DNA of 64,000 nucleotides. Source: the human T2T-CHM13v2.0 reference genome, Homo sapiens. Position 1 is the first letter of the stretch. Each line of letters opens with the position of its first letter. The DNA is taken from assembly GCF_009914755.1 (NCBI RefSeq), contig NC_060925.1. One strand, 5' to 3'. The translations under genes were made by a program, and so were the position numbers. The notes beneath the pieces were generated by a model. That model did no database searches. It worked only from the letters and a program-made list of their open reading frames with translations, and was not told the DNA's origin. This document shows positions 40,461-57,200 of this stretch, piece by piece.

Positions 40461-41572
40461 TAAAATTAATTGCTAGTCAATTTTTTAAAGCATCAAATAA
40501 AAGTTTTAGATCAATTTCATTTATGAATATAAATGTATATTCATTATTCTGCTCCCCCACTCCCATCCTGCTACTTCATCATGAATTCATTTTGGGTTGT
40601 CTCATTGTCACCTTCTCTTTCATAATTTTGATTACTCTGTCATATTTTTCTACATTTTCTGGAGAAATTCCTATGGCTATCCTTCACAACACATTCAATT
40701 TTCCATGATCTCAATTCTGCTCTGTCACAACAGCAATGTGTATTTTATTTGTGCTGCTGTATTTTTGATTCTGTATTGTCTTTCCATTTCCCACGTATTT
40801 TCCTATCCATTCTGTATCTTCTTGTTTCAACCCAGTGTGAATTGCCCTGCTTTTTCTGTCTGCTTGTTTGGGAAAATCCCCTTTTCAGGACTAGAGACAC
40901 ACACAACATTGATGCTAACGGGTCTGGATCAAAGCCAAATTGGCAGAATCTAGCAGATTTTTATGGGACTCTACAAGACTAAAGGTGGAGGGTTTTAACT
41001 TTTCCTCCTTGCCTTGACCTCTAACACTCTGTATAGAAGGGATATATGTAAACTACAAAATTCACAGTAAATAGACAGGAAACTTGAAGTCTCTGATTCT
41101 ACTTGAAGATCATGGCTTCTGAAAATTAGACCTCTTAAACATTAGGCATTGCTTCCAACAACTGCTTGCTCGCAGAAACGAAGAGAAATGAAGAGGCTTC
41201 CTTCACTGTAGGTTCTATCCTATGGCATCAGAACAAGAGCAATCCTGCTTGCCTTAAAGTAGGTATAAAAGTGCCAAGTGCTTCATTTCTCTATTTTTAT
41301 CTATTCATAGTTTAGAAAACAAACACAAAAAATAAAATCTGAACCACTTATTACAGTATCCTTATAATTGCTCTTTGATGTATACAATCATATATACATA
41401 CCCTCAGAAATACCTGGTCAGAAATTAGGAGTAGTAAAGAAGGACTACTACTGCTGAATCCCATCACTCAAAGTTTAAATCCATATGTGAAGTTCACTAA
41501 ATGGAATATTTGTGAAAATTTCTTGGCCATTCTGACAATTGGCTGAAAGTCAACTTTTTATTGTTCCTTTAA

Positions 41573-41688
41573 TTTTTTTTTTTTTTTTTTTGGGACAGGG
41601 TCTCTTTCTGTTACCCAGGCTGGGGTGCAGTGGCATAATCTCAGCTCACCACAACCTTTGCCTCCTAGGCTCAGGCAATTCTCCCATC
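41573..41688 (-). mobile_element. Alu 3' fragment (AluJ/FLAM)
   Basis: T-run followed by gacagggtctc..cccaggctggggtgcagtggc. Confidence 0.88.
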
Positions 41689-41914
41689 TCATTAAATTTT
41701 TGTTTATCCTCTATGTCTTCATATATTTTAGTGAGACTTTTGGAGAGTCCACCCGAGTGTCCAATCACAAACCTAAATTCCTTTTAACTGGACCATTTAG
41801 TCCATTTACATTTAAAGTTAATATTGTTATGTGTGAATTTGATCCTGTCATTATGATGTTAGCTGGTTATTTTGCTCATTAATTGATGCAGTTTCTTCCT
41901 AGTCTCGATAATCT

Positions 41915-42936
41915 TTACAATTTGGCATGATTTTGCAGTGGCTGGAACCGGTTGTTCCTTTCCATGTTTAGTGCTTCCTTCAGGAGCTCTTTAGGGCAGG
42001 CCTGGTGGTGAGAAAATCTCTCAGCATTTGCTTGTCTGTAAAGGATTTTATTTCTCCTTCACTTATGAAGCTTAGTTTGGCTGGATATGAAATTCTGGGT
42101 TGAAAATTCTTTTCTTTAAGAATGTTGAATATTGGCCCCCACTCTCTTCTGGCTTGTAGAGTTTCTGCTGAGAGATCCGCTGTTAGTCTGATGGGCTTCC
42201 CTTTGTGGGTATCCCGACCTTTCTCTCTGGCTGCCCTTAACATTTTTTCTTTCATTTCAATTTTGGTGAATCTGACGATTATGTGTCTTGGAGTTGCTCT
42301 TCTCAAGGAGTATCTTTGTGGCGTTCTCTGTATTTCCTGAATCTGAATGTTGGCCTGCCTTGCTAGATTGGGGAAGTTCTCCTGGATAATATCCTGCAGA
42401 GTGTTTTCCAACTTGGTTCCATTCTCCCTGTCACTTTCAGGTACACCAATCAGACGTAGATTTGGTCGTTTCACATAGTCCCATATTTCTTGGAGGCTTT
42501 GTTCATTTCTTTTTATTCTTTTTTCTCTAAACTTCCCTTCTCACTTCATTTCATTCATTTCATCTTCCATCACTGATACCCTTTCTTCCAGTTGATCGCA
42601 TCGGCTCCTGAGGCTTCTGCATTCTTCACGTAGTTCTCGAGCCTTGGCTCTCAGCTCCATCAGCTCCTTTAAGCACTTCTCTGTATTGGTTATTCTAGTT
42701 ATACATTCGTCTAAATTATTTTCAAAATTTTCAACTTGTTTGCCTTTGGTTTGAATTTCCTCCTGTAGCTCGGAGTAGTTTGATCGTCTGAAGCCTTCTT
42801 CTCTCAACTCGTCAAAGTCATTCTCTGCCCAGCTTTGTTACGTTGCTGGTGAGGAACTGCGTTCCATTGGAGGAGGAGAGGCACTCTGCTTTTTAGAGTT
42901 TCCAGTTTTTCTGCTCTGTTTTTTCCTTTTCCCCAT
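41915..42936 (-). pseudogene. L1 ORF1 (disrupted) inside the inverted segment
   Basis: ATG at 42936, TAA at 41915-17. Track ORFs 42541-42807 and 41980-42474 are ORF1p coiled-coil and RRM/CTD peptides split by a stop, with a frameshift near the C-terminus. Confidence 0.93.
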
Positions 42937-43519
42937 CTTTGTGGTTTTATCTACTTTTGGTCTTTGATGATGGTGATGTACAGATGGGTTTTTGGTGTGG
43001 ATGTCCTTTCTGCTTGTTAGTTTTCCTTCTAACAGACAGGACCCTCAGCTGCAGGTCTGTTGGAGTTTACTAGAGGTCCACTCCAGACCCTGTTTGCCTG
43101 GGTATCAGCAGCGGTGGCCGCAGAACAGCGGATTTTCATGAACCGCGAATGCTGCTGTCTGATCGTTCCTCTGGAAGTTCTGTCTCAGAGGAGTACCCGG
43201 CTGTGTGAGCAGTCAGTCTGCCCCTACTGGGAGGTGCCTCCCAGTTAGGCTGCTCGGGGGTCAGGGGTCAGGCACCCACTTGAGGAGGCAGTCTGCCCCT
43301 TCTCAGATCTCCAGCTGCGTGCTGGGAGAACCACTGCTCTCTTCAAAGCTGTCAGACAGGGACATTTAAGTCTGCAGAGGTTACTGCTGTCTTTTTGTTT
43401 GTCTGTGCCCTGCCCCCAGAGGTGGAGCCTACAGAGGCAGGCAGGCATCCTTGAGCTGTGGTGGGCTCCACCCAGTTGGAGCTTTCTGGCTGCTTTGTTT
43501 ACCTAAGCAAGCCTGGGTA

Positions 43520-43594
43520 ATGGCGAGCACCCCTCCCCCAGCCTCGCTGCCGCCTTGCAGTTTGATCTCAGACTGCTGTGCTAGCCATCAGTGA
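43520..43594 (+). pseudogene. L1 ORF0, truncated to 24 codons (MASTPPPASLPPCSLISDCCASHQ*)
   Basis: Matches the ORF0 N-terminus (MAGAPPPASLPPCSLISDCCASNQR...). The CGA codon has become TGA at 43592-94. Confidence 0.88.
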
Positions 43595-43765
43595 GAATCT
43601 GTGGGTGTAGGACCCTCCGAGCCATGTGCAGGATATAATCTCCTGGTGCGCCATTTTTTAAGCCTGTCGGAAACTCTCAGTATTAGGGTGGGAGTGACCT
43701 GATTTTCCAGGTGCCATCTGTCACCCCTTTCTTTGACTAGGAAAGGGAACTCCCTAGCCCCTTGC

Positions 43766-47522
<3,757 letters not shown>

Positions 47523-47944
47523 ACAATGAGAACACATGGACACAGGAATGGGAACATCACACTCTGGGGACTGTTGTGGGGTGGGGGGAGTGGGGAGGGA
47601 TAGCATTAGGAGATATACCTAATGCTAAATGATGAGTTAATGGGTGCAGCACACCAGCATGGCACATGTATACATATGTAGCTAAACTGCACATTGTGCA
47701 CATGTACCCTAAAACTTAAAGTATAATAAAATACAATAAAATAAACCCTAAAAAAAACCCTAAATTCCTATATTTGAATTACTAGTACTAGAATGATCAC
47801 TGACTAAATTTAACCTACCAAAGATATATATTTTTCATTTCATTCTCCTTAAAACAAACATTTTAAATTTTTTTTACACAAAATTATAATGCGTTATACC
47901 CCACATTAGGTTTTATTTTTTTTCCTTTCAAAGTGGGGACTAAA

Positions 47945-48101
47945 GTTGCATGTATCAGAATCCTCTGAGATGCTAATTGAAAATATATATGCTTGGCCTT
48001 AACAAACATCTACTGAATTAGATGCTCTAATTCCAAGAATCTGTGTATTTGAAAAGCTCCTCAGGTGACTATTATCATACTAAAGACTTCAGTGACCTCT
48101 G
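47945..48101. mobile_element. MER5-like hAT-Charlie relic
   Basis: atcagaatc..ctactgaattaga..aatctgtgtatttgaaaagctcctcaggtga. Confidence 0.7.
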
Positions 48102-48114
48102 CTGTATTATAAGC

Positions 48115-48491
48115 TACATTGGTCTGTTCTCATGCTGCTATTAAAGGCATACCCGAGACTGGGTAATGTATAAAAGAAAGAGATTTAATTCACTCACAGT
48201 TCTGCAGGGCTGGGGAGACCTCAGGAAACTTACAATCATGTCAGAACGGGAAGCAAACATGTCCTTCTTCACGTGTTGGCAGCAAGGAGAAGCGCAGAGT
48301 GAAGTGGGGGAAAAGCCCCTTATAAAACCATCAGATATTGTGAGAACTCACTCACTATCATGAGAACAGCATAGAGGTAACTGCCCCCATGATTCAATTA
48401 CCTGCCATTGGGTCCCTCCCATGACATGTGGGGATTATGAGAACTACAGTTCAAGATGAGATTTGGGTGGGGACATGGCCAAACCATATCA
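48115..48491 (-). mobile_element. THE1 (C/D-like) solo LTR, sense to DPYD
   Basis: Ends ...gggacatggccaaaccatatca. TSD taagc/caagc. Confidence 0.93.
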
Positions 48492-48577
48492 CAAGCCTAT
48501 ATAAAAAGGGTGAAACTAAAGAAAGGTCTTTGAGAGTGATTTCAAATAATGTACAAGGAACAAACACCCAGACACAA

Positions 48578-48637
48578 ACACACATGCGTGCACGCGCACG
48601 CACACGCGCGAGCACACACACACACACACACACACAC
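48578..48637. repeat. (CA)n/(CG)n alternating purine-pyrimidine microsatellite
   Basis: cacacatgcgtgcacgcgcacgcacacgcgcgag(ca)n. Confidence 0.95.
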
Positions 48638-49234
48638 TATTTCTACAAAATATTACCACACCCTCATCTAGTATAAGCTTGCTATTAAAACAAGGGTTTG
48701 GGGATCTGGGAACACTAGGGTAAAAAGATATTTCAACAACACAAGGCATTGTTGTTGGCCTAATTCATTTCTATTATGTTTTCATTTTAACTACTTAATA
48801 GAGAAATTCATAATTTCATTTTAGTATTGGAGTAAACTAAAAAAAAGACCAAATGTTTGGAACTATTGAATAAAAATCCAACATAGAAATAATTTGATCC
48901 ATTAAACCTTTGGCATCTGCCTTGAAAAGTACATATGTTTCTTTGTGTTATTTCTCAGTATATTAATATGAGAAATGCATGAAGCACAGAGGTTAATAGG
49001 AATATGGAGAGGTTTACTAGACCACTTACAGTGTAATTGTGACCTGTCATTACTGTGAATTTTTTTAAAACAGTGATTAATCTCAGTGTTATATTTATAG
49101 ATTGTTTTCAGTCAATTTTTTTGTCAAGTACAAAAGTGACTATATATTTTCATCCTACAATATGTTAAGACATTACAAAAGCTTAATGGAATAAATTAAT
49201 ACAGAATGAGCAATGGAGAAGGGGCAGCTGAAGC

Positions 49235-49460
49235 ACAGTGCTTAAGTGTACAGTATGAAGAGTCAGACAGTAGAGATTCCCATATACCTGGATACCAGCT
49301 GTGTGATGTTATAGAATTTACTTGACCTTTCTGTGTCTCAGTTTATATTTCAAAAAAGCAGGCCCCTAATTGTGCCCACCTGATTGGTTTGTTGTACTGA
49401 TTAAATAGCATAACATGTGAAAAGCTCCCAGCATCTGACATCTAACACATAGTAAGATGG
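49235..49460 (+). mobile_element. MIR
   Basis: gagtcagacag..agctgtgtga..ttacttgaccttttctgtgtctcagttt-like core. Confidence 0.8.
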
Positions 49461-49549
49461 CCTATATTCTATTAGCTAGAATTTCTTACTAAGTTTCCAA
49501 AGCTCAACAGCAAAATCAAGATGGCTGGCAAAGATTAAAAGTCAGTCCA

Positions 49550-49858
<309 letters not shown>

Positions 49859-50959
49859 TCACTAAATGCTCCTGCTTGTATGCAACTGAATATTAAGAAT
49901 AAAATGGGGTTTCTTACATGTCTACTATGTCCCTGAAACTTTCATAAATTCTGGAGGAGTCGATATGAAAGAAACAACGGCTCTTGCTTTTAAGATGTTT
50001 ATAATCCAAACAGGTCAGTCATCAACCGAATGTGCTAAATGAACTGAGACTAATTAGGAACATTCCTTGGACTCATGGTTTCTGTTCCATACACTTCTTT
50101 TCAAATTAATACACACTAATTAACATTTCTCACACCATATCATGACAGATATGTGCTAAGACAGTTTAACCTTCTTGTTTATTTTTGTTTATTTATATTA
50201 TATATCGTTTTGTTGTAAACCAGGAGAAATGAGAAAGAGTGTGAGCTCCTTTTTCACTTCAGAAAGGACTTAGTATAGGTTTTTTAAATCTCAATTTCTT
50301 CCCTACCTCACCGTCTTCAAAATGTCCTTCTCTTTTTCCTCATCTAATGAAAAGGTAGCATATCTGAATTACTTACTAGGCTTTTGCAAGCTCAGTTGAA
50401 ATTATAAAAGAGATGATGTTGCTTTGGGGAAAAAGATGAATCTGTTCGAAAAGAAGGTGAGACATATGCAGGAACACAGGTATTTGTAACTTACTCAGGA
50501 TTACAAAGAAGAAATTAAGAAGGACATCCAAAGTTGCTCTTGGCATCACAGTTAGACTGAGTGCTCAGACGGTTCATCCAAGGCAGTAAGAAATAAAGTT
50601 TTTTATTACTATATTGATGGCAGCTACATTTCTAGCTGCATGCTTACACTTCAAGAAAAATGCCTGAATGATGCCTCTCATTTTTGTTCCTTGAAACGAA
50701 TCCAAGAATGTTTCCCTAATTTACCTATCTGACTCAATTTTCCAAGATAGAGACTGAGTGAAACAGGTAATATCGGCCCATAATTTTAACAAGGGTCACA
50801 GAAGAGTACACTGGCAGCTTTTCAAAACCAGAGAGAATAAATGTTAGATTAGTAAGTGACACTTGTAGACTATTAGAATTTAATGAGTATACTATATTTA
50901 GACAGATATGACAGATGTTAATCTCTGATATTAATAAAAATGCCTAAAAGTTCATTTTG

Positions 50960-51140
50960 GAGAAAGATCTGAGTATGAACCCAGACTATGACATATCCTG
51001 GTTATGTAAACTCTGGCAAGTTTCTTAAGTATCTAGACTTGAGTCTCTAAGTCTGCAGAATGGGCCCAATGGTATCCACCTCCCAGGGTTATTTAAATAA
51101 GAATGCATACAAAGTGTTCAATAAAGTTCTGGGCACATAA
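50960..51140 (+). mobile_element. MIR (degenerate)
   Basis: ctggcaagtttcttaa..tctgcagaatggg..atccacctcccagggtt..gggcacata. Confidence 0.7.
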
Positions 51141-51332
51141 AGATTGTATTATTCCAAGGCCTCGATATTCCCACACAGCTGCTATGCATTGCTTGAATAG
51201 CCAGTGCTGCTGAGGAATGCAGAAATGTTGATCAATTTTCTAGCAATACAAAAGTCTGTCAACATAAATTTCCAAATACCAAAAAGAGCACATATTAACT
51301 TAAATACTGAGATTTATAAATCTATAAATAAC

Positions 51333-51622
51333 TTTTTTTTTTATAGGGTCTCACTCTTTTGCCCAGGCTGGAGTGCATGGGCGCAATCTTGGCTCACTGC
51401 AGCATCGACCTCCCAGACTGAATCGCTCCTCCCACCTCAGCCTCAGGAGTAGCCGGGACTACAGGCGCATGTCACCATGCCAGGCTAAGTTTTGTGTTTT
51501 TGGTAGAGACAGGGTTTCACCATGTTGCTCAGGCTAGTCTCAAACTCCTGGGCTCAAGCAATCTGCCCGCCGCAGCTTCCCGAAGTGCTGGGATTCCATG
51601 TGTGAGCCATCGCTCTCAGCCT
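51333..51622 (-). mobile_element. AluJ
   Basis: T-tail followed by a dimer with ctcctgggctcaagcaatc. Degenerate ataa(c/t)ttt flanks. Confidence 0.94.
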
Positions 51623-54097
51623 GATAATTTTCTTAAAATTGCCAGTGCTACTGTAAGAGACATAGTTAAGTTTATATTAAAAGGAAAACCAAGGTATTGC
51701 TTAGTTGTCATAAAGTTGTGTGAAGATTAAGTGAAATATGTTAGTGGTTTTCTCACAGAGTATACACACAGAGAGTTACACTTTACACAGAAATCTATAT
51801 ATCCCACAAGTAAACTGATTTTAAGGGAATCATTTTCTAGTTTCCCAATTTCCATATGTATGATGTCTTAAATTTTGTATGCCTGAGAAACAATGCAATC
51901 AAGGCATCCCGCTGGTTCTTCTGTCTCAACTCCTCTGTTTCAACAGTCTTTCCCTTACTTTCGAAAAAAAGCATATTTTTCATTGATCTCAAATATTACA
52001 ATAACATATACATAGAATATAAAAATTTGGGGATACCAAACAAAATAATTCAAAATATTGGTGTTGGTTTTGAGAAAATGATTGATTCTAATGATTGAGT
52101 GACAAAAATTCTTGCAAATCAGGTAAAACCCAGGTTTCTGATTTCAATAAAATAGAAAGAGCAAGTCATCAAGTTGCTTAATCACTTTTGGTGAAGATCG
52201 CTAACTAATTTTAGGCTTACAATGGAGAAGGTGTCCAAATATTTAGGTAAAATGACTATAATAAACTCCTTCCAGTTTATTTATTTAGATAAACAAGGAT
52301 TTCCAACGTCTACACCTAAAAAAAAGAATAAAACTGATGATAAACTCTATTTAAGAATAATATGTCTCGATAGATACATGATCAAATTATTTAAAAAGCC
52401 ATATGTTTCTCATTAATAAATGAATCTTCAATAAAATTCACTTTTATTTTGAATAATTGTCAATATTTATGATATATTCATGCTGTTTTGATAAAGTATA
52501 AATTATAAATTCTAACAATACAGGAAATCATTTATCATTTAAAGACTGAATCTAGGAATTTTTAAAATGTAAAAGTCCATTTATAGACATATATTTTGTT
52601 AAAGAGTACTTCCAAAGAGGATCCTTAAGATGTTCAAATTTTAAAAAAAACATAAAAATAGGATAAAATTTGATGGAGAAATTGTTTTAAAATATGAGTT
52701 TAAGGAGGAAAAAAGAGGCAAAACTTCCCACTATTTGTTAGAGCATGTTTATGAATTTTTAAATGGGTGATGATAAATATAAAAAAGCACAGTGGTGTTA
52801 TTTATTCCTAGTAGGTTTATTTAAAAAATGCTGAAACAATTTCATTTAAAGAATTCATATTTGCAAAACATGGGGGATTATGTCTTTTGCTAGCACTTGA
52901 ACTTACTGCTAAAATTCTCAGGTCAACTAAAATGAGTGAGGAGTATATGGTTTATAACGTTTTAATTGTAGGGTATTTGTAAGCATAACAATTTGAAAAC
53001 CACAGAAATAATGTACTGTATATAAAAATCTTCAGTACACTTTCCAATCCAACATTTTTTCACTGAATTGAATTGAAACGTTGGACTCTCCAAAAGCATA
53101 GCAAGTAAAGTTAAGCTGGCCTGACCAAATTCCTTTCTCTTCTCTATTCTGATAACAACTCTTATCATCACTCCTGTATAACCCTGGCAGTCTCCACCTT
53201 CAAGTATCAGACACCATGTATGTGTCTCAAAGGTTTACTATGCCCCACACTTAAGGACCTCTTGGAATTTGAGGTGTTTTCTACCAGCCATTCACATGGT
53301 ACTAAATTTTTGGGAATGCACATCAGGACATTTGTCTGTCAGAGAAGGTTTCAAGCAGCTTCCAGGATTGATGAATAATATCATGAACAGTCTATAAAGA
53401 TGACTTTGGAAGAGCTCAGTGCATAGTGTAACAGTGCTAACAGCAGGGACACTGCATTGAAATAGCATATCTCCAAATCATTGATTATCTCCTCCCTTCC
53501 ACTAATAAAAGGATAGCATTGTCTGGGGATGGCAAGAAAGCAGTAAATTAAGAGAGAAGAGCAGTAAGCTACCAGCACTGCTGTTTCCCACACTTTAAGG
53601 GTTTGAGAACATAACTAGGTAAATTTGCATGTAAGCACTGTCCTAGAAGAGAGCTGTTATTTCTCAATATGCTAGTGTCTATACAAAGTTAAGAAGAAAA
53701 ACATAACATTTCACAATCGAGAACGTAATTTTATCCTTGCCTAACTCACACCTGTTTCCTTTTCAAAGGACTAGTGATATCCATAAATTGTCTTCAATGG
53801 CACTCATAATAAATTCTCTTTGCATAAACAATGGTTTCCACTCAACATTTAATCTTAAAAGAGTGAATGTTATTCCCTACTCTGAGACCTCAAAGACTGT
53901 GTTCCACTTTTTCTAAGAATTCTGACTTCATTTACTATAATTTGTTTCAGATACTTAACTGTGGGCAGAGATTCTTATTTATTTATCAAATACTATACCC
54001 CTCTAATTTTACCATTGCTTAAAGCGTTTGACATTATTTTGGAAATAAGATATTCTAACTAAAATGCTCGATGATACTAATCTTTCTTCATCTACTG

Positions 54098-54280
54098 TTC
54101 TCAAAGTGTGGTTCCCAGATCGGTAGCAAAAGCATCATCTGGAACTTGTTAGCAGTGTACATTCTGATACATAAGGCCCTCCAAGCCTTATGTATCAGAA
54201 ACTCTGGAGAAGAGGTCCAGCAATCTGTGTCACAACAAGCCTTCCAGTTTCTGATGCATGCTAAAGTCTGAGAACCACTG
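54098..54280. mobile_element. MER5A hAT MITE
   Basis: ttctcaaagtgtgg...aaagtctgagaaccactg. 8-bp direct repeat atctactg at 54090-97 / 54281-88. Confidence 0.9.
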
Positions 54281-57200
54281 ATCTACTGGAATCTCACCTC
54301 ACCAAGAGGATGTTGATATGCAAAAATTGGCTACAGTTTACAAGTTAAATAAAAATATTTTTCTTTACTAACATAGATGAATCCTGATCCATAAAAGACT
54401 CATAAATATAAATCTTAAATCCCATAAATTAAGAATCTGATTTCTTCTTATGTAATCAGACATTTGCTTCTAGCAGGTTTCAAGATCTTCAACTACGGAG
54501 AGGCAATGACATTTTGATAGTCCTCTAGATTTAAGGAATAAATATGCTGGCTGTATAGTCAGAGTAATGCTAGAGAGTTTGGTCTGATGCTTAGGGATTT
54601 AGGACGACGAATGGATAGAGATGGTGAGGAATCTCATTCCAGTCATGCTCTCCTTTCCTAATTTCCCTTTTCACTGTTTGGTCTTCTCCCCCTTTTCCTT
54701 AGGGAGTCGAGTGATTGATAGCCTAATCCAATGACTGTATTACAGCTGCCTCAACTAGGACTCTTTTCCTTATCATTAGCAGTTAGCCTATGGTTAAATT
54801 CACAGCTCACTGCTTGGTACAGCCCCTGAGATTTAAGGGTCTGGCCTTTAGAAAATATTTAACATAAAACTGAAATCTTGACATACTGAGAACTCAGTTC
54901 TCTGCAAGGCTTCCTTAATTAATCCAATGTACTGTACCATTGTTCTGTATGAGACTGTGACATGGTGAACTGTTTCTGAAGCTTACAGAGATGTGTAGTT
55001 CTAAATTAAACAGCCACTGACGTGTACCTACACTGATTTTTTAGTACAGTAGATATGCATGAATCTGTGAATATTTAAATTCAAGCTCAAACAGTGACAC
55101 AATACTCTCTAGTTTTACTTTCATAATAGAACATTTTTTGATTAATTTCAAGCTTGAAATCATTCTTTATGAAAAAACACACACAGAGGAAAGAAATTTA
55201 ATAATTCATTACCACTGCTGCAAAGGTAAGTTTTCTTAAAATGCTTGTCAGAGTTCTTTGGTTTACAAAGTCTATCAAATATTTTCTTAGGAACTGGAAC
55301 AGACATTAATTTATTTTCCTAATTTTTAACCAAAGGAAAATATATATAATATCCAGGTACCCATGAATTTGTTGGCTCTTAAATACTATTTGGTTCTACC
55401 ATTTATCTGCGGGACAATAGTTATCTTAAAATACCTAAGGAAAGGATGTAGACCTTGATCTATGCTTTAAACCTTTGCCCTTGCTCCAGTCTGTCCATGA
55501 GCTGTAAGCATCTATGAATATGGCAGCTGAGTCCCAGATGAAAAATTATGCATCTCATAAACTGCTATTCTGCTGAAATGTCAAGCCAAGGCAAGGCTGT
55601 ACCTCAGACTCAGCACTTGGCATTTTCCTTCTGTCTGCTTTGTTGCCATGAAGCAAACATGAACAGTGAAGATTTGTGTAGGGCAGGTAGCAGGCGAGCT
55701 CACTGTCAAAAATCTATTATTAGGGCCCTGGTCTCCTGCACAGACCAACGATGGCTAAACAGTGAGATACTGAGGCTCTGAGAAAGGCAACATAATGAAA
55801 GAGGGGATTCTTTGTCAATCTGTACATGAATATATTCAAATGAGCATTATTTAAATGAGAATATTTCTAATGGTAAGCCTCTCTCAACCAAAGTGATAAT
55901 TTATAATAAAATTGTAATCTAGCATCTGTATTTGAAATGCCTACTTTTGACTGTTCTGCAAATATAGTACATACATATTTGTATAACAAGTTCTTTAATA
56001 GTTTGATCAGTTAAACTTGTAATAAGCTAAGAATGTTTTTACATAGGTGAATAACAGGCCAGATTTTTTGCATTACTTTTGTCCATACAAAAAAAGGAAA
56101 AAAGTGAGTATAAAATGGAAGGCTCTCCTTTTAATTATTCTTTTTGCATGAATTACTACATTTTTATCCATTTAAATTCTATCTTTATCTATCAGGTTAT
56201 TTTAGATCTTCAATGTTAAAGCCTAAGCTCTTATCGATCAAGATGATTACAATAGATAGCTTAAATTTGATGACAGATAATAGGCATGTTTTTCTAAAAG
56301 CAATTTATGCATCGATAATCATGTGATTGACACATAAAAAAATCCAGCACATTAAAAACAACTTCCCAATTAAAAAAATACTAACACTGTTTTTTATGAT
56401 GGAATTGTAATGTGTGGTGTAAGAACTTAAAGCAATCCTGCCAAAATCTTCAGTTGCTGGCATGCGTGAAAATAGTTATTTAAAGAAAAATGTAACTAAA
56501 ACTTCTGAGTTTGTAATCTGTTTTGTTTTGCCATCTCCCTGATTTTACACAAATATTCACTAATAAATACAACAAAATAAGTGTATGATTAGAGTGGGTT
56601 ACACTGGATTTGTGTTTACGTAATGCCCAGTAGCACAGTGTATGCTGCCAAGTTATTATTGCATTCTAACAATTCACGCCTAAGTAACTATCTTAAAAAC
56701 ACATAAACTATGCGATGTGAAGTCGATGCCTAAAATCCCTTTCTAAGCTACTATATTGATTCACATTTGTGCAAGTTTTCTAAATTATACACTTTGTACT
56801 CACTTCTGGCCCTACACTGACGCAGATCTACAAATTACTAGCTAAATTTCTAACTTGTACCTTCTTTTATTAGTATTTCCTATGTTGGATTTACAATGAA
56901 AACACCTTTAGGAAGCTAGTAACCATACAAGCCAGTGTCCAATATCTCACACAGCTAGATTTCAAATCATTCATTATTCACTTGTAGACTCTAAGAACAT
57001 TCATGGAATATTCCATTATAACTTATTTAGAAATACACAGTGATTTACTGGATTCTGTAATAACCTCTATGAGAGGAGTAACTTTGAGCTGAAACAGAAA
57101 ATCTTAAATGCCATCTTTTATGAATTATTCAGAAATCAATAATAAAGTTTATGTCTTAATACTGAAAAAAATGTGTTCTATTGTTGTAATTGTATAAGTT

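Noticed and set aside
41745-41782. L1s at 32 kb and 41.8 kb both inserting at a similar position of L2 relics
   Set aside because: The L2 identity of the 41.7-kb flank is too degenerate to support by eye.
47742-47765. Plant-type telomere repeat (CCCTAAA)
   Set aside because: Only two copies, explained by the TSD and the A-tail.
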